DNA of 64,000 bases from an uncultured Eubacteriales bacterium (GTDB taxonomy: Bacteria; Bacillota; Clostridia; Christensenellales; Aristaeellaceae), in contig CACWZP010000011.1 in the NCBI GenBank assembly GCA_902765395.1, positions 50,031-114,030 on the forward strand, read 5' to 3'. A program made the position numbers and the translations under genes. The notes below the pieces were generated by a model. That model saw only the letters and a program-made list of their open reading frames with translations. It was not told where the DNA came from and made no database searches. Every line of letters starts with the position of its first letter. Within the stretch, counting starts at the first letter, position 1. Below, one piece after another: positions 10,553 to 21,427 of this stretch.

Positions 10553-10888
10553 ATGAAGGATTGCCTGTTTTGCAAGATCATCGCCGGGGAGATCCCCTGC
10601 AACAAGGTGTACGAGAACGACAAGGTGTTCGCCTTCCGCGACATCAACCCCCAGGCGCCGGTGCACGTGCTGATCGTGCCGAAGACGCACGTGGACAACA
10701 TCCTTCAGTGCGACGGCGACATGGCCGCGGCGTTGACCGAGGCGGTGGGCGAGGTGGCCCGGCTGGAGGGCGTGGATGAGAGCGGCTTCCGCGTCATCAG
10801 CAACTGCGGCAGCGACGGCGCCCAGTCGGTGAAGCACCTGCACGTGCATCTGCTGGGCGGGGTGCAGCTGACGGAGAAGATGAACTGA
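10553..10888 (+). CDS. HIT-family (histidine triad) nucleotide-binding protein
   Basis: HIT motif HLHVHLLGG and N-terminal CLFCKIIAGEIP. ATG 10553 is preferred over 10529. Confidence 0.88.
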   Translation: MKDCLFCKIIAGEIPCNKVYENDKVFAFRDINPQAPVHVLIVPKTHVDNILQCDGDMAAALTEAVGEVARLEGVDESGFRVISNCGSDGAQSVKHLHVHLLGGVQLTEKMN

Positions 10889-11103
10889 CAGCACGCCGAT
10901 AAGGGCCGCGTCGCGGTGTCAGCTGCGCCTGAAAACCCGGTTGTTTACATTTCGGTAAACGCCCTCGTTTTCAGGCTGGCTTCCTTGCGCTGCAGCCCTT
11001 CCCGACGCGCCGCCCGGCGCAGCATAAAGGCCGTATAAGTTTGTCAAATCGGCGGCGAACGTTCAAAGTTTTGTGAAATTCTTGATTTATTTGCTTCCAA
11101 GGC

Positions 11104-11133
11104 TTGACGAGTACACAAGTTATGGGGTATAAT
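11104..11133 (+). promoter_or_regulatory. Predicted sigma-A promoter of rpsU
   Basis: TTGACG, an 18-nt spacer, then TATAAT. Confidence 0.55.
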
Positions 11134-11199
11134 ATTCGTTGTGGCGAACCCCATGCTACATTGGCAAATGCCATTCAATCGCGAGGGGAGGGAAAGCAC

Positions 11200-11373
11200 A
11201 TGTCCGAGGTACGCATTCGGGAAAATGAATCATTGGAAAGCGCGCTGCGCCGTTTCAAGCGCAAGACTGCTCGTGATGGCATTCTCGCAGAAGCTAGGAA
11301 AAGGGAACACTACGAAAAGCCCAGCGTAAAGCGTAAGAAGAAGGCCGAAGCTGCTCGCAAGCGCAAGTATTAA
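11200..11373 (+). CDS. rpsU: 30S ribosomal protein S21
   Basis: 57-aa basic protein ([26 protein letters not shown]). GAGGGGAGGGA RBS region before ATG 11200. Confidence 0.93.
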   Translation: MSEVRIRENESLESALRRFKRKTARDGILAEARKREHYEKPSVKRKKKAEAARKRKY

Positions 11374-11382
11374 GCCAATGAA

Positions 11383-11413
11383 AGCCCCTCTGGTCGCCCG
11401 GAGGGGCTGTTTT
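11383..11413 (+). terminator. Intrinsic terminator after rpsU
   Basis: AGCCCCTCTGG...CCGGAGGGGCT stem followed by GTTTT. Confidence 0.75.
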
Positions 11414-11551
11414 CAGATTTATGGCGATTCAACATCGCCATTGGGTGTCCGGCCCGCTCATGTATCTTTTGTCAGATTTCATCATAATTATATAACGACC
11501 GACGCGCGTGACCGCGCGCCCATTACACCTGTTTTTGGAGAAAAACCGCAT

Positions 11552-12583
11552 ATGACCCGCTATATAATGCTGCTGTGGCCCCACGCCAACGCCCGCTACC
11601 AGTCGGAGACCGTCCACCTGGCCGAGGCGGAGCTTTCGCTGATGCTGGACAGGCTCGCCCCGGGGACGGCCATCTCCCGCGAGACGGGGCTTTCCATGCC
11701 CTCGCTGGTCGTGGAATTTGTCGGCACTCCCGAGCCGCCCGTGATCGAGGCCCTGCGCGCCCATTCGCTGCTCTACGGCCTGTTTGAGCAGCGGGGCGGG
11801 CTGCTTGCACCGGTGACGGGCCGCATGGGCGCAAGGGTGGGCGAGGACCTGCCCGCCATATTGAAGTACAAGGGCAAGACCAACGAAATGTTCCTGCAGC
11901 TGCTGATCAACGCCGCGCTCTATGCCGGGGATTTCTGGCCCAGGGCTGGGGAGCGTCTTGCGTTCCTCGATCCGATGTGCGGCCGGGCTACCAGCCTGTT
12001 CGTCGCCGCCAACTACGGCTGGGACGCCACCGGCGCGGACGTGGACAGGAACGACCTGAAGGAAGCCGAAAAGTTCTTCAAGCGCTATCTGGAGTACCAC
12101 CGCTTCAAGCACGCCGTGAGCCGCGAATCCCGCACGCTGAAGAAGGGCCAGGCGCAGGTCACCCGCTTCGACTACGCCCCGGACGCCCAGGCCTTCAAGG
12201 CGGGCGCGAGCGCGTTGAGCCTCGTCAACCTGGACGCAGCCCAGGCGGAAACCGCCCTGGGGAAGAACGGCTACCATGTCATCGCCTGCGACCTGCCCTA
12301 CGGCGTGCGCCACGACGCCCAGCTGGCCCGCGGCGCGGATCGCCGGGGCAACTGGCTGGAGACGCTGCTGGCGCGGGCGCTGCCCGGCTGGAAAGCCATG
12401 CTGAAGGCCGGCGGCACCGTGGCCGTGTCCTTCAACGCCCAGAACATGAGCCTGGAAAAGGTGCGCGGCCTGATGGAGGCGGCGGGGCTTGAAGTGCTGC
12501 GGGGCGGCGCTTACGACGGCTTCGCCCACTGGGTGGAGCAGGCCATCACCCGGGACATCGCCATCGCTAAAAAACCGCAATAA
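11552..12583 (+). CDS. SAM-dependent methyltransferase (UPF0020 / N6- or N2-purine MTase-like)
   Basis: Motif I-like LDPMCGRATSL and motif IV-like CDLPYG. Start set at ATG 11552 (MTRYIML). Confidence 0.65.
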   Translation: MTRYIMLLWPHANARYQSETVHLAEAELSLMLDRLAPGTAISRETGLSMPSLVVEFVGTPEPPVIEALRAHSLLYGLFEQRGGLLAPVTGRMGARVGEDLPAILKYKGKTNEMFLQLLINAALYAGDFWPRAGERLAFLDPMCGRATSLFVAANYGWDATGADVDRNDLKEAEKFFKRYLEYHRFKHAVSRESRTLKKGQAQVTRFDYAPDAQAFKAGASALSLVNLDAAQAETALGKNGYHVIACDLPYGVRHDAQLARGADRRGNWLETLLARALPGWKAMLKAGGTVAVSFNAQNMSLEKVRGLMEAAGLEVLRGGAYDGFAHWVEQAITRDIAIAKKPQ

Positions 12584-12615
12584 CGCATTTTCTATCGATC
12601 CCATCGGAGGTCAAC

Positions 12616-14466
12616 ATGGACTATCAATCGCTGCACATCAAGACCGTGGTGGAGCTGCGCCAGCTGGCGAAGCAGCAGGGCGTGAAGGTTCCTGCGGGCA
12701 CCAACAAGCAGACGCTGATCCAGATGCTGCTGGAATCGGGGCAGGCCGCTGAAAAGCCGGAGAAAAAGCCCGCGCCAAAGGCCGGGCAGTCCGCCGAAAA
12801 GGCGGAGAAGGCCGCCGGGAAGCCAAAGCAGGCCGAGGCGCCCGTGAAGCGCGGACGCCCCCGCAAGCAGCCCGCCGAAGCGAAACCCAGCGAGGGAAAC
12901 CCCGTGGAAGCGACGGCGCGGAGGGCGGAGAAGCCCGCCGAAGAACCGGCGGCGAAGCCTGTGGAGAGGCCGACGGCCGCGCTGCCGGAGAAGCCTGTCG
13001 AGAAGACCGCTGTGAAGGCGGAGAAGCCCGCCGAAGCGCCTGCCGCCAGGGTGGAAGCGCCGGCGGAGAGGCCCGCCCAGGCCCCCGCGCCGGAGCAGGC
13101 CCGACCCGTGGTGCGCAATCGCGCTCCGATGCCACAGCACGCCAGCTACCGCCCGGCGAACGCCAACAACCCCGGCGAGAGCGGAGCCCGGACCTACCAG
13201 AACCGCACCCCCGCCCGGCCCGCGCAGCCCCGCCCGGAGCAGCCGCGGCAGGAGTATCGCGTGGTGCAGGACCACCGGAGCACCAGCGCCGCGGCCGGGG
13301 AGCTGCTGGCCGCCGGCGACTGCGGCGAGGGCGCGGGTGTGCTGGAGATCCAGCCTGACGGCTACGGCTTCCTGCGGGCGGAGAACTGCCTGCCCGGGCC
13401 GAACGACGTCTACATCTCCATCGCCCAGATCCGCCGCTTCAACCTGCGCAACGGCGACCTGGTGGCGGGCAAGACGCGCCCCCAGCGGGAGGGCGACCGC
13501 TACAGCGCCATGCTGTACATCAACGAGATCAACGGCGAGACCCCCGACAAGGCCGCTGAGCGCTCGCGGTTCGAGGACCTGGTGCCCATCTACCCGGATC
13601 AGAGACTGCGCCTGGAGCCCCGGGAGGGCCGGGGAGACCTGTCGCTCAGGCTGGTGGACATGCTGGCCCCCATCGGCAAGGGGCAGCGCGGCATGATCGT
13701 GTCCCAGCCCAAGGCGGGCAAGACCACGCTTTTGAAAAAGCTGGCCAATGCCATCACCAGCCAGTATCCCGACGTGCACCTGATCGTGCTGCTGATCGAC
13801 GAGCGGCCCGAGGAGGTCACCGACATGCAGCGCTCCATCCAGGGCGAGGTGATCTACTCCACCTTCGACGAGGAACCCGAGCACCACACCCGCGTGAGCG
13901 AGATGGTGCTGGCCCGGGCCCAGCGGCTGGTGGAGATGGGCAAGGACGTGGTGGTGCTGCTGGATTCCATCACCCGGCTGGCCCGCGCCTACAACCTGAC
14001 CATCACCCCCACGGGACGGTCGCTGTCCGGCGGATTGGATCCGGGGGCGCTGTTTCGGCCCAAGCGCTTCTTCGGCGCGGCCCGGAACATCGAAAACGGC
14101 GGCAGCCTGACCATCATCGCCACCGCGCTGGTGGACACCGGCAGCCGCATGGACGACATCATCTTCGAGGAGTTCAAGGGCACCGGCAACATGGAGCTGC
14201 ATCTGGACCGCAAGCTGTCCGACCGGCGCGTGTTCCCGGCCATCGACCTGCTGAAATCCGGCACGCGGCGCGAAGAGCTGCTGCTGACCGAGGAGGAGAT
14301 GAACGGCGAATACCAGGTGCGTAAGATGCTGGCCGGGCGCCAGCAGGAGATGTACGAGCAGCTGATCGAGCTGATGACCAAGACCAGCGACAACGCCGAT
14401 TTCTTCGCCCGCCTCAAGGGCTGGCTGGCCGTGTATGAAAAGGATGGTTATTCGCTGGGGAGATAA
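12616..14466 (+). CDS. rho: Transcription termination factor Rho with long N-terminal insertion
   Basis: Rho_N helix bundle, RNA-binding CSD-like [14 protein letters not shown] and Walker A SQPKAGKT. About 195 residues rich in P/A/E/K are inserted between them. Confidence 0.95.
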   Translation: MDYQSLHIKTVVELRQLAKQQGVKVPAGTNKQTLIQMLLESGQAAEKPEKKPAPKAGQSAEKAEKAAGKPKQAEAPVKRGRPRKQPAEAKPSEGNPVEATARRAEKPAEEPAAKPVERPTAALPEKPVEKTAVKAEKPAEAPAARVEAPAERPAQAPAPEQARPVVRNRAPMPQHASYRPANANNPGESGARTYQNRTPARPAQPRPEQPRQEYRVVQDHRSTSAAAGELLAAGDCGEGAGVLEIQPDGYGFLRAENCLPGPNDVYISIAQIRRFNLRNGDLVAGKTRPQREGDRYSAMLYINEINGETPDKAAERSRFEDLVPIYPDQRLRLEPREGRGDLSLRLVDMLAPIGKGQRGMIVSQPKAGKTTLLKKLANAITSQYPDVHLIVLLIDERPEEVTDMQRSIQGEVIYSTFDEEPEHHTRVSEMVLARAQRLVEMGKDVVVLLDSITRLARAYNLTITPTGRSLSGGLDPGALFRPKRFFGAARNIENGGSLTIIATALVDTGSRMDDIIFEEFKGTGNMELHLDRKLSDRRVFPAIDLLKSGTRREELLLTEEEMNGEYQVRKMLAGRQQEMYEQLIELMTKTSDNADFFARLKGWLAVYEKDGYSLGR

Positions 14467-14471
14467 TACAA

Positions 14472-14498
14472 GGGGCTGTCTCAAAATGAGGCAGCCCC
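14472..14498 (+). terminator. Hairpin after rho
   Basis: GGGGCTGTCTCA-aaa-TGAGGCAGCCCC. There is no strong T-run. Confidence 0.5.
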
Positions 14499-14628
14499 AA
14501 TGAATTGCACCGGTAGGTACCGGCGCGTGAATTGCCCTTCGGGCATGAAATGGCGCAATTCAAATCATGCGTGCATACGCAAATCATGTGCAAAGCACAA
14601 TTCATGGCGCGCAGCGCCAATTCATTGG
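14498..14628. repeat. Composite palindromic element with repeated CAATTCA/TGAATTG motifs
   Basis: CCAATGAATTG (14498) and CAATTCATTGG (14618) are exact reverse complements. They enclose several short hairpins, each flanked by AATTCA-type motifs. Confidence 0.6.
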
Positions 14629-14675
14629 ATATGTACATGATTGGCGGACGGGCCGTGAAGGGCGGCCATTGACGC

Positions 14676-15695
14676 TCATTCGATCAGCATCGCGTCGCCG
14701 AAGGAGAAGAAGCGGTATTCCTCCCTCACGGCCTGCTCGTAGGCGGCGAGGATGTGCTCCCGGTCGTACAGGGCGGAGACCAGCATGATGAGCGTGGAGC
14801 CGGGCAGGTGGAAGTTAGTGATCAGCGCGTCCACCAGCTGGAACCGATAGCCGGGCTTGATGAAGATGGAGGTGTCGCCGCTCCGGGCTGCGAGCCGGCC
14901 ATCCTCCGCCGCGGATTCCAGCGTGCGCACGCTGGTGGTGCCCACGGCGATCACCCGGTTTCCGCGCGCGTGGGCGGCGTTGACCCGCCGGGCGGCATCC
15001 TCGGTGACCTCGAAGTACTCCGAGTGCATCTCGTGCTCCTCGATGTTCTCCACCTTCACGGGGCGGAACGTGCCCAGGCCCACGTGCAGCAGCACCGGCA
15101 CGATATCGATGCCCTTATCGCGGATGCGCTGAAGCAGCTCGGGTGTGAAGTGCAGCCCCGCGGTGGGCGCGGCGGCGCTGCCGTCCTGCCTGGCGTAGAC
15201 GGTCTGGTAGCGGTCCCGGTCCTTCAGCTTTTCGTGGATGTAGGGGGGCAGGGGCATCTCGCCCAGGGCGTCCAGGGCGGCCTCGAAGCTGCCCTCGCAC
15301 TCGAATTCCACGATGCGGCCGCCGCCCTCGGTGGTCTCGGTGACGGTGCATTTCAGCCGCCCATCGCCGAAGATCACTTCCGCGCCGGGACGCAGCTTTT
15401 TGCCGGGGCGCACCAGCGCCTCCCAGCGCTTGGGACCCAGCTGCTTCAAGAGCAGAACTTCACAAGCCCCCCCGGTAGGGCGCTCGCCGTACAGCCGCGC
15501 GGGGATGACCTTCGTCTCATTCACCACCAGGCAGTCGCCGGGGTTCAGGTATTCGATGATGTCGTCAAAGCGCCTGTGTTCGATGGCGTGGGTGTCCCGG
15601 TGCAGCACCATCAGGCGGCTGTGGTCCCGGGGTTCCACCGGCGTCTGGGCGATGCGCTCCTCGGGCAGGTCGTACATAAAGTCGGAAAGTTTCAT
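14676..15695 (-). CDS. queA: S-adenosylmethionine:tRNA ribosyltransferase-isomerase QueA
   Basis: Hallmark N-terminus [19 protein letters not shown], and QueA length. Confidence 0.95.
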   Translation of the reverse strand: MKLSDFMYDLPEERIAQTPVEPRDHSRLMVLHRDTHAIEHRRFDDIIEYLNPGDCLVVNETKVIPARLYGERPTGGACEVLLLKQLGPKRWEALVRPGKKLRPGAEVIFGDGRLKCTVTETTEGGGRIVEFECEGSFEAALDALGEMPLPPYIHEKLKDRDRYQTVYARQDGSAAAPTAGLHFTPELLQRIRDKGIDIVPVLLHVGLGTFRPVKVENIEEHEMHSEYFEVTEDAARRVNAAHARGNRVIAVGTTSVRTLESAAEDGRLAARSGDTSIFIKPGYRFQLVDALITNFHLPGSTLIMLVSALYDREHILAAYEQAVREEYRFFSFGDAMLIE

Positions 15696-15717
15696 GGCGT
15701 CTCCCGTGTCCAGAAAA

Positions 15718-16935
15718 TCAATCGGTTTCCACCTGGGCCATCAGCTTGGTGATGGCGGAGGTGATCTCATAATGCCCGGGCCGGCTGCCGGTGTTGTTGG
15801 TGGAGGTGGCCTTGATCGACCGCGGCGGGTCGCCGCCCTCCAGTACCACGGGCGTGCCCACGTAAGCGCCGGTGTGCCGGTCGAACAGGCGCAGGGTGGT
15901 ATAGACCTTGTAGGCGTCCCGCTTGAAGCTGTTGCCACCGATGCTGTACTGGCCCACCACCACCCGCTCGTCCTCGATGGAGACGATGTAGCCCAGATCC
16001 TGGGGCGTCTGCGCCAGGCGGGACGAATTGATATAGTCCTTGACGAACTTCGCCTCGCCGTTGTAGCGCTTTTCATACACGCCGAAGAGACTGCCCGCGT
16101 CGGGATCGGTGGCGAAGGGGTCGGCGGCTTCCATTTCGGCCTGCCACTTTTTCAGATTGTCGCTGTTCACGGCGCGCACGCCGAAGAACGCCGCCAGCGC
16201 GGCCACGGCCACCGCGGCCAGGACGAGCTTCGTGCGGCGGCTCTTGCGCCGCTCCGCGGCCTTCTCCCGATAGAAATCCGCGAAGAAGGAATTGCCGCCG
16301 GAGCCTGGCTGCGCGCCCATCGCCTCGGCTTCCGCGCCGCCGAGCAGGCCGTCCTGGACCAGCCGCTGGAGCAGCTGCGGCCCCGTCTGGGCCATGTGGG
16401 GCAGGCTCTCCTTGGGCAGGGCAGCGATGTCGGGCTTGACGTCGGAATACCGCTTCCGGAGGATCAGCCACCCTGCCAGGAGCAGCAGGATGCCCAGCGC
16501 CAGGGCGGCGAGGGCGACGCGGAACGACGGGGACGCCATCGGATCCTTGCCGGTCAGGCCAAAGCCCGCGACCACCGCGCCGCCGATGAGGCATATATTC
16601 CGCACCAGCGTCATGGCCCGGGGCAGCTTCATGTTCAGATTGGCCCACGGGGGCACCTTGCCGCACTGGGCGCACTTGGCGCTGAGATTCAGCTTGTCGT
16701 AGCGGCCCTCCTCCGCGTCCAGCATAGCGTTCATGGCGCGCTTGTCCAGCGACGCATTCAGCGCGTCGCGTGCCTTCGCCTGGCGGTTGTCCAGGCGCAC
16801 AAAAATGCCCCGGTCGTCATAGGTGGCGGCAGAGCTCACGCCCTTGACGCCCAGGTTCAGCTTGCCGCAGTCCGGGCAGCGCCAGCCGTAGGGCACGCCC
16901 TTGCTGCCGCGCATGGTATACTGCTTGTAGACCAT
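15718..16935 (-). CDS. Hypothetical membrane protein with N-terminal zinc-ribbon-like CxxC pairs
   Basis: CPDCG and CAQCG pairs followed by 2-3 hydrophobic segments. No family recognised. Confidence 0.6.
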   Translation of the reverse strand: MVYKQYTMRGSKGVPYGWRCPDCGKLNLGVKGVSSAATYDDRGIFVRLDNRQAKARDALNASLDKRAMNAMLDAEEGRYDKLNLSAKCAQCGKVPPWANLNMKLPRAMTLVRNICLIGGAVVAGFGLTGKDPMASPSFRVALAALALGILLLLAGWLILRKRYSDVKPDIAALPKESLPHMAQTGPQLLQRLVQDGLLGGAEAEAMGAQPGSGGNSFFADFYREKAAERRKSRRTKLVLAAVAVAALAAFFGVRAVNSDNLKKWQAEMEAADPFATDPDAGSLFGVYEKRYNGEAKFVKDYINSSRLAQTPQDLGYIVSIEDERVVVGQYSIGGNSFKRDAYKVYTTLRLFDRHTGAYVGTPVVLEGGDPPRSIKATSTNNTGSRPGHYEITSAITKLMAQVETD

Positions 16936-16990
16936 TTTTCTTTCCCCCTGTGATTATTCAGTGAGACCCGATTGAGCGAAAAACCAGGCC

Positions 16991-17416
16991 CTACAGCGCG
17001 GCCTTGATCTTCTCGATCAGCGCCTCGTATTCCGCGTCGGTGCGCATCACCCGGCCGGGGTTCATGGCGAACACGCCGCCCCACTCGAACTCGTCCCGGT
17101 ACTTGGGCACCAGGTGGTAGTGCAGGTGGACGCCGTTGTCGTTGTAGGCGCCGTAGTTGATCCGGTCGGGGTGGAAGGCGGCCTTCAGCGCCCTGGACAC
17201 GCGGGCCACGTCGGCGAAGAAGGCGTTGCGCTCCTCGTCGGACAGGTCGGTGATGTCGCCCACGTGGTCCTTGTTGGCCACGATCACCCGGCCCGGATGG
17301 CTCTGTTCCTTGAACAGGTACAGCTTTGTCTGGGTGAGGTCGCAGATGTAGATGCCGAACTTCGCAAGGGGTTCGCCGTGGGCGCAGTAGGCGCAGTTGG
17401 GATCGAAGTGTTCCAT
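16991..17416 (-). CDS. HIT-family hydrolase
   Basis: HIT-like motif HLHYHLVPKY. 141 aa. Confidence 0.8.
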   Translation of the reverse strand: MEHFDPNCAYCAHGEPLAKFGIYICDLTQTKLYLFKEQSHPGRVIVANKDHVGDITDLSDEERNAFFADVARVSRALKAAFHPDRINYGAYNDNGVHLHYHLVPKYRDEFEWGGVFAMNPGRVMRTDAEYEALIEKIKAAL

Positions 17417-17443
17417 GATACAATCCTCCTTGTAGAATATGGA

Positions 17444-17893
17444 TCAGGATCTGAAATCCTTGTACAGATACGCCGTCGGGATCTCCTGAAAGCCCTGCTT
17501 CAGGTAGAAGAGGCGGGCGGGGACGTCGGGCTGGGTGGCCAGCAGCGCGCAGTCGCAGCCCATGTCGGCGGCCTGCCGCTGGATCTCGGCCAGAAACGCA
17601 CCGCCCAGGCCCCTTCGCTGCCACTTCGGTGCGACGCAGAAGTCCTCGACGCGCAGGAAGGGCGCGTCCACGCAGGGCACGACGATGCCCAGCGCCACGC
17701 CGGCGATCCCACCCCCGACCACCAGCCGCCAGGCGCAGAAGCCGTCCCGGCCCGCGAAGGCGCGGATGTAGCTTCTGACCTGACCGGGGTCCAACGCCTC
17801 GTTCCACGGCGCTTCGCTGTACGCGGCCGCATAGACGGCGGCGCAGGCGTCGATCTCGTCGGCGGCAACGGGCCGCACGGTATAATCTATCAA
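17444..17893 (-). CDS. GNAT-family N-acetyltransferase
   Basis: Acetyl-CoA-binding-like [10 protein letters not shown]. 149 aa. Confidence 0.75.
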   Translation of the reverse strand: MIDYTVRPVAADEIDACAAVYAAAYSEAPWNEALDPGQVRSYIRAFAGRDGFCAWRLVVGGGIAGVALGIVVPCVDAPFLRVEDFCVAPKWQRRGLGGAFLAEIQRQAADMGCDCALLATQPDVPARLFYLKQGFQEIPTAYLYKDFRS

Positions 17894-18939
17894 ATATCCA
17901 TCCTCGTCTGGCCGCTGTCGCCGCTGCCCGCCGCGCCCTTGGGCATGCGCAGGCCCATGTGGTCATAGGCGGCCTGGGTGCACACGCGGCCCCGGGGGGT
18001 GCGCATCAAAAAGCCCAGCTGCAGAAGGTACGGTTCGTACACGTCCTCGATGGTTGAGGCGTCCTCGCCGGTGCTGGCGGCCAGGGTGTCCAGGCCCACG
18101 GGCCCGCCGCCGAACTTCTCCATCATGGTTTTGAGCATCGTGCGGTCCACGTGGTCCAGGCCCAGCTCGTCCACCTCCAGCATATTGAGGGCTTCCCGGG
18201 CGATGTCCACGGTGATCTGCCCGTCGCCCTTCACCTGGGCGAAGTCGCGCACGCGGCGGATCAGCCGGTTGGCGATGCGGGGCGTGCCGCGGCTGCGGCT
18301 GGCGATCTCCAGCGCGCCGTCGTGGTCGCAGTCGATCTTCAGGATCTGGGCCGAGCGCCGCACGATCACGGCCAGCTGCTCCGGCTGGTACAGCTCCAGG
18401 CGGAAGGTGATGCCGAAGCGGTCCCGCAGGGGGCTGGTGAGCATGCCGGCGCGGGTGGTGGCGCCGATCAGCGTGAACTTGGGCAGGTCCAGCCGAATAC
18501 TTCTCGCCGCGGGGCCCTTGCCGATCATGATGTCCAGCGCGTAGTCCTCCATGGCGGGATACAGCACCTCCTCCACCTGGTGGGAGAGGCGGTGGATCTC
18601 GTCGATGAACAGCACGTCGCCGGCGTTCAGGTTGGTGAGGATCGAAGCCAGGTCGCCCGCGCGCTCGATGGCCGGGCCGCTGGTGACGCGGATGTTGTGG
18701 CCCATCTCTGCGGCGATGATGCCGGCCAGCGTGGTCTTGCCCAGGCCGGGCGGGCCGTAGAGCAGGATGTGGTCCAGGGGCTCATGGCGCGCGATGGCGG
18801 CCTGCATGTAGACCGTCAGGCTGTCCTTCAGCTTGTCCTGGCCGTAGTACTCCGCCAGCGAATGGGGGCGCAGCGAAAGCTCCGCGTCGTCCTCTTCCTC
18901 GCGGTAGCCGGTGGTGATGATCCGTTCCTCGTCGTTCAT
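17890..18939 (-). CDS. ruvB: Holliday junction branch migration helicase RuvB
   Basis: Walker [10 protein letters not shown] and Walker B FIDEIH. Start set at ATG 18939 (MNDEERI). No ruvA is adjacent. Confidence 0.95.
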   Translation of the reverse strand: MNDEERIITTGYREEEDDAELSLRPHSLAEYYGQDKLKDSLTVYMQAAIARHEPLDHILLYGPPGLGKTTLAGIIAAEMGHNIRVTSGPAIERAGDLASILTNLNAGDVLFIDEIHRLSHQVEEVLYPAMEDYALDIMIGKGPAARSIRLDLPKFTLIGATTRAGMLTSPLRDRFGITFRLELYQPEQLAVIVRRSAQILKIDCDHDGALEIASRSRGTPRIANRLIRRVRDFAQVKGDGQITVDIAREALNMLEVDELGLDHVDRTMLKTMMEKFGGGPVGLDTLAASTGEDASTIEDVYEPYLLQLGFLMRTPRGRVCTQAAYDHMGLRMPKGAAGSGDSGQTRMDI

Positions 18940-19012
18940 GGGTATCTCCTTTGAATATCCCTGCATGATAACAGGGCTGTCCACAAAAGACAGCCCCGCT
19001 CAGCCGGTTCGA

Positions 19013-19441
19013 TCAGGCCTCGGGAACCCGGGTGAAGTACAGCGTCAGGGTGTAATCCGTGCCATCGATATTGGTGGTGGTGTCGGTGCTCAGGGTGCCG
19101 TCGTCGTTGAGGAGGACGATGCCGGTGGTACCGTCGGGGTCGGTGTACTGAAGGGTGCCGTCGCTCAGGATCTCCCAGGAGGAGGCGCCATAGTCTTCGC
19201 CGAAGGTGAGGGTCATGTCGGTTTCGGTGATTTTCATCTCAGCGGTGAGGCCGATGTCCTCCTGACTCATGTATATGCCCAGCAAGCCTGCACCGGTGAA
19301 GGTCCAGTTGCCATAGACCTCGGTCTTGTCCTGAATGGCGATGGGGTTGGGAAATGCGTAGTCGGTCTGGGGCTCGGCCATAGCGGCGGACAGGCACGCG
19401 ATGACGAGCAGCAGGGCAAGCAGCAAGCTCAGTTTCTTCAT
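19013..19441 (-). CDS. Small secreted protein (signal peptide), function unknown
   Basis: N-terminal MKKLSLLLALLLVIACLSAAMA signal-like sequence. Confidence 0.65.
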   Translation of the reverse strand: MKKLSLLLALLLVIACLSAAMAEPQTDYAFPNPIAIQDKTEVYGNWTFTGAGLLGIYMSQEDIGLTAEMKITETDMTLTFGEDYGASSWEILSDGTLQYTDPDGTTGIVLLNDDGTLSTDTTTNIDGTDYTLTLYFTRVPEA

Positions 19442-19530
19442 GACAATACCCCCTCACTATAATTGTATTTTCATTGTATCACAGATTTTGCCGCTTGTAC
19501 AGCGGGAAAACCCGATGAGGGCGAATTTTG

Positions 19531-21066
19531 TCAGCGCCGGCGCAGCACTTCCCTGGCGAAGGTGCGGATGGTCTTCACGCGCAGCGCAAAGCAGGCGGCG
19601 GCGTATACGATCAGCGACGCGCCCGCGCAGGCGGCCAGCCGCAGGAACACCCGGCCCGTGCCGAAGGCGGGCGGCAGCGCCCGGTTCATCAGCAGGCACA
19701 CCCCGCCGCACAGCAGCGCGGCGGCCACGATCCTCAAAAGCTCGGCTGCGATGGCGCCAAAGCCCAGGTGGCCGAAGCGCTTTTTCAGAAGGAGCAGCAG
19801 CGTGCACATGCCCGTGGTGCCGGCGATGGAGGTGGCCAGCGCCAGGCCGTTTGCGCCGAGGAAGATGCGCAGAATCAGGTTCAGCACGATGTTCAGCGCC
19901 ACCACCAGGCAGCTGACGCGGAAGGGCGTCTTCGTGTCCTGGATGGAGTGGAACACGCGGCTCAAAAAGTCTCGCAGGCCGAAGGCGGGCACGCCCACCA
20001 CATAGCACACCAGGATGCCCGCCGTCACCCGGGCGGAATTGATATCGAACCGGCCGCGCATGTAGGCAAACTTGATCACGTCCAGGCTCATCACCACGGC
20101 CACGGCCACGATGGGCAGCGCCACCAGCGCGATCACCAGCACGCATCGGCGCAGCACGTCCAGCATGCCTTCCCGGTCGTGTTCGGCGGCCAGACGGCTC
20201 ATCTTCGAGAACATGATCGTGGTCAGCGGCACCATCAGCACGCCCAGCAGGAACGTGATCAGCCGGTAGGCGTAGCTCATGGCGGAGATGTCGCCCGGGT
20301 TCAATCCGGAGGCCAGCGCGTGGTCGATCATGTGGTTCAGCTCGCTGATGCCCATGGAGAGCATCGCCGGGCCGGCCAGCTTCACCAGCTTGTGAAAGCG
20401 CTTGTCGGTGAAGTCGAGCACGGGGGAGTAGTGGAACCAGCCGTTCAAAAACGGCACCAGCACCATAAACTGCAGGATGTTCGCTGCGAACACGCCCCAG
20501 CCCACGGCCATGATGCCGTAGCGGTGGGAGAAGAACACCGACGCCGCCATCACGCACAGGCTCAGCGGGAAGCCGGTCAGCTGGGCCGCCACGTATTTCT
20601 CCGCGGCGTTCAGCAGGCTGGCCAGGCTGATGGACGTGATGTTGAACACCAGCGAAAGCAGCATCACCCGCACCAGGCGCACGGTCAGGTCGGTCTTGCC
20701 TGGGTCGAAGCCCACGTAGATCACCCGCACCAGCGGCCGGGCCAGCACATAGAACAGCGCCGAGATCGCCAGCGCCGCCAGCGCGAACAGGTTCAGGGTG
20801 TTGCTGGCGAAATGGTTCGACTTCTCCAGGCTGTGCTGCTCCCGCTGCTCCACATACAGGGGGATCAGCGTGGCCGAGATGCAGGAGTTGAACAACAGCA
20901 CCGGCAGATAGAACAGGCTGTAGGCCGAGACATAGGCGTCGTTGTCCATGCCCGTGCCAAAGTAGTTGGCCAGGATCATGTCGCGGACAAAGCCGAACAC
21001 CTTGCTCAATATGATGACCGCGGTGACCAGCATCGTGGTCTTGAATACGCGCTGCGTGCGTGCCAA
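19531..21066 (-). CDS. murJ: Lipid II flippase MurJ (MviN family)
   Basis: Polytopic MurJ-like sequence (ILSKVFGFVRDMILANYFGTG). TTG at 21066 is preceded by GGAGG. The longer 546-aa ORF extends through a repeat element. Confidence 0.85.
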   Translation of the reverse strand: MARTQRVFKTTMLVTAVIILSKVFGFVRDMILANYFGTGMDNDAYVSAYSLFYLPVLLFNSCISATLIPLYVEQREQHSLEKSNHFASNTLNLFALAALAISALFYVLARPLVRVIYVGFDPGKTDLTVRLVRVMLLSLVFNITSISLASLLNAAEKYVAAQLTGFPLSLCVMAASVFFSHRYGIMAVGWGVFAANILQFMVLVPFLNGWFHYSPVLDFTDKRFHKLVKLAGPAMLSMGISELNHMIDHALASGLNPGDISAMSYAYRLITFLLGVLMVPLTTIMFSKMSRLAAEHDREGMLDVLRRCVLVIALVALPIVAVAVVMSLDVIKFAYMRGRFDINSARVTAGILVCYVVGVPAFGLRDFLSRVFHSIQDTKTPFRVSCLVVALNIVLNLILRIFLGANGLALATSIAGTTGMCTLLLLLKKRFGHLGFGAIAAELLRIVAAALLCGGVCLLMNRALPPAFGTGRVFLRLAACAGASLIVYAAACFALRVKTIRTFAREVLRRR

Positions 21067-21085
21067 GGGCGGTACCTCCGGTTCA

Positions 21086-21271
21086 GGGATTGGGGGATTG
21101 GGGACAGGGGAACCCCGCTTCCACGGCTTGCAGGGGCGGCGTTGCGCCGCTCGCCCCGCGTCAAATTCCATAATTATAGTTAGTATAGCATGGCAGGGTT
21201 AAGAACAGTGGGTAAAAAACGGATTTGTCCACGCTGTTCCGGTTTCCGGCTCCTTTGTCCCTGTTCCCTGG
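21086..21271. repeat. G-rich / C-rich arm pair related to the GGGAACAGGG family (copy 2, weaker)
   Basis: GGGATTGGGGGATTGGGGACAGGGGAACC at 21086-21113. GGCTCCTTTGTCCCTGTTCCCTGG at 21248-21271. Confidence 0.45.
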
Positions 21272-21427
21272 AGCGAAACTCTAATTCCGTCCTTCGCGCA
21301 CACATGTTTTTCAACGATAGACACATTTAACGAACTGTACCCGATTTCTCTACATTGAAGTACTATAATAAAGCACGAACCCTTCCGGCCATCGCCGGGA
21401 AGACACCAATCCGAAAGGATGATTTGC

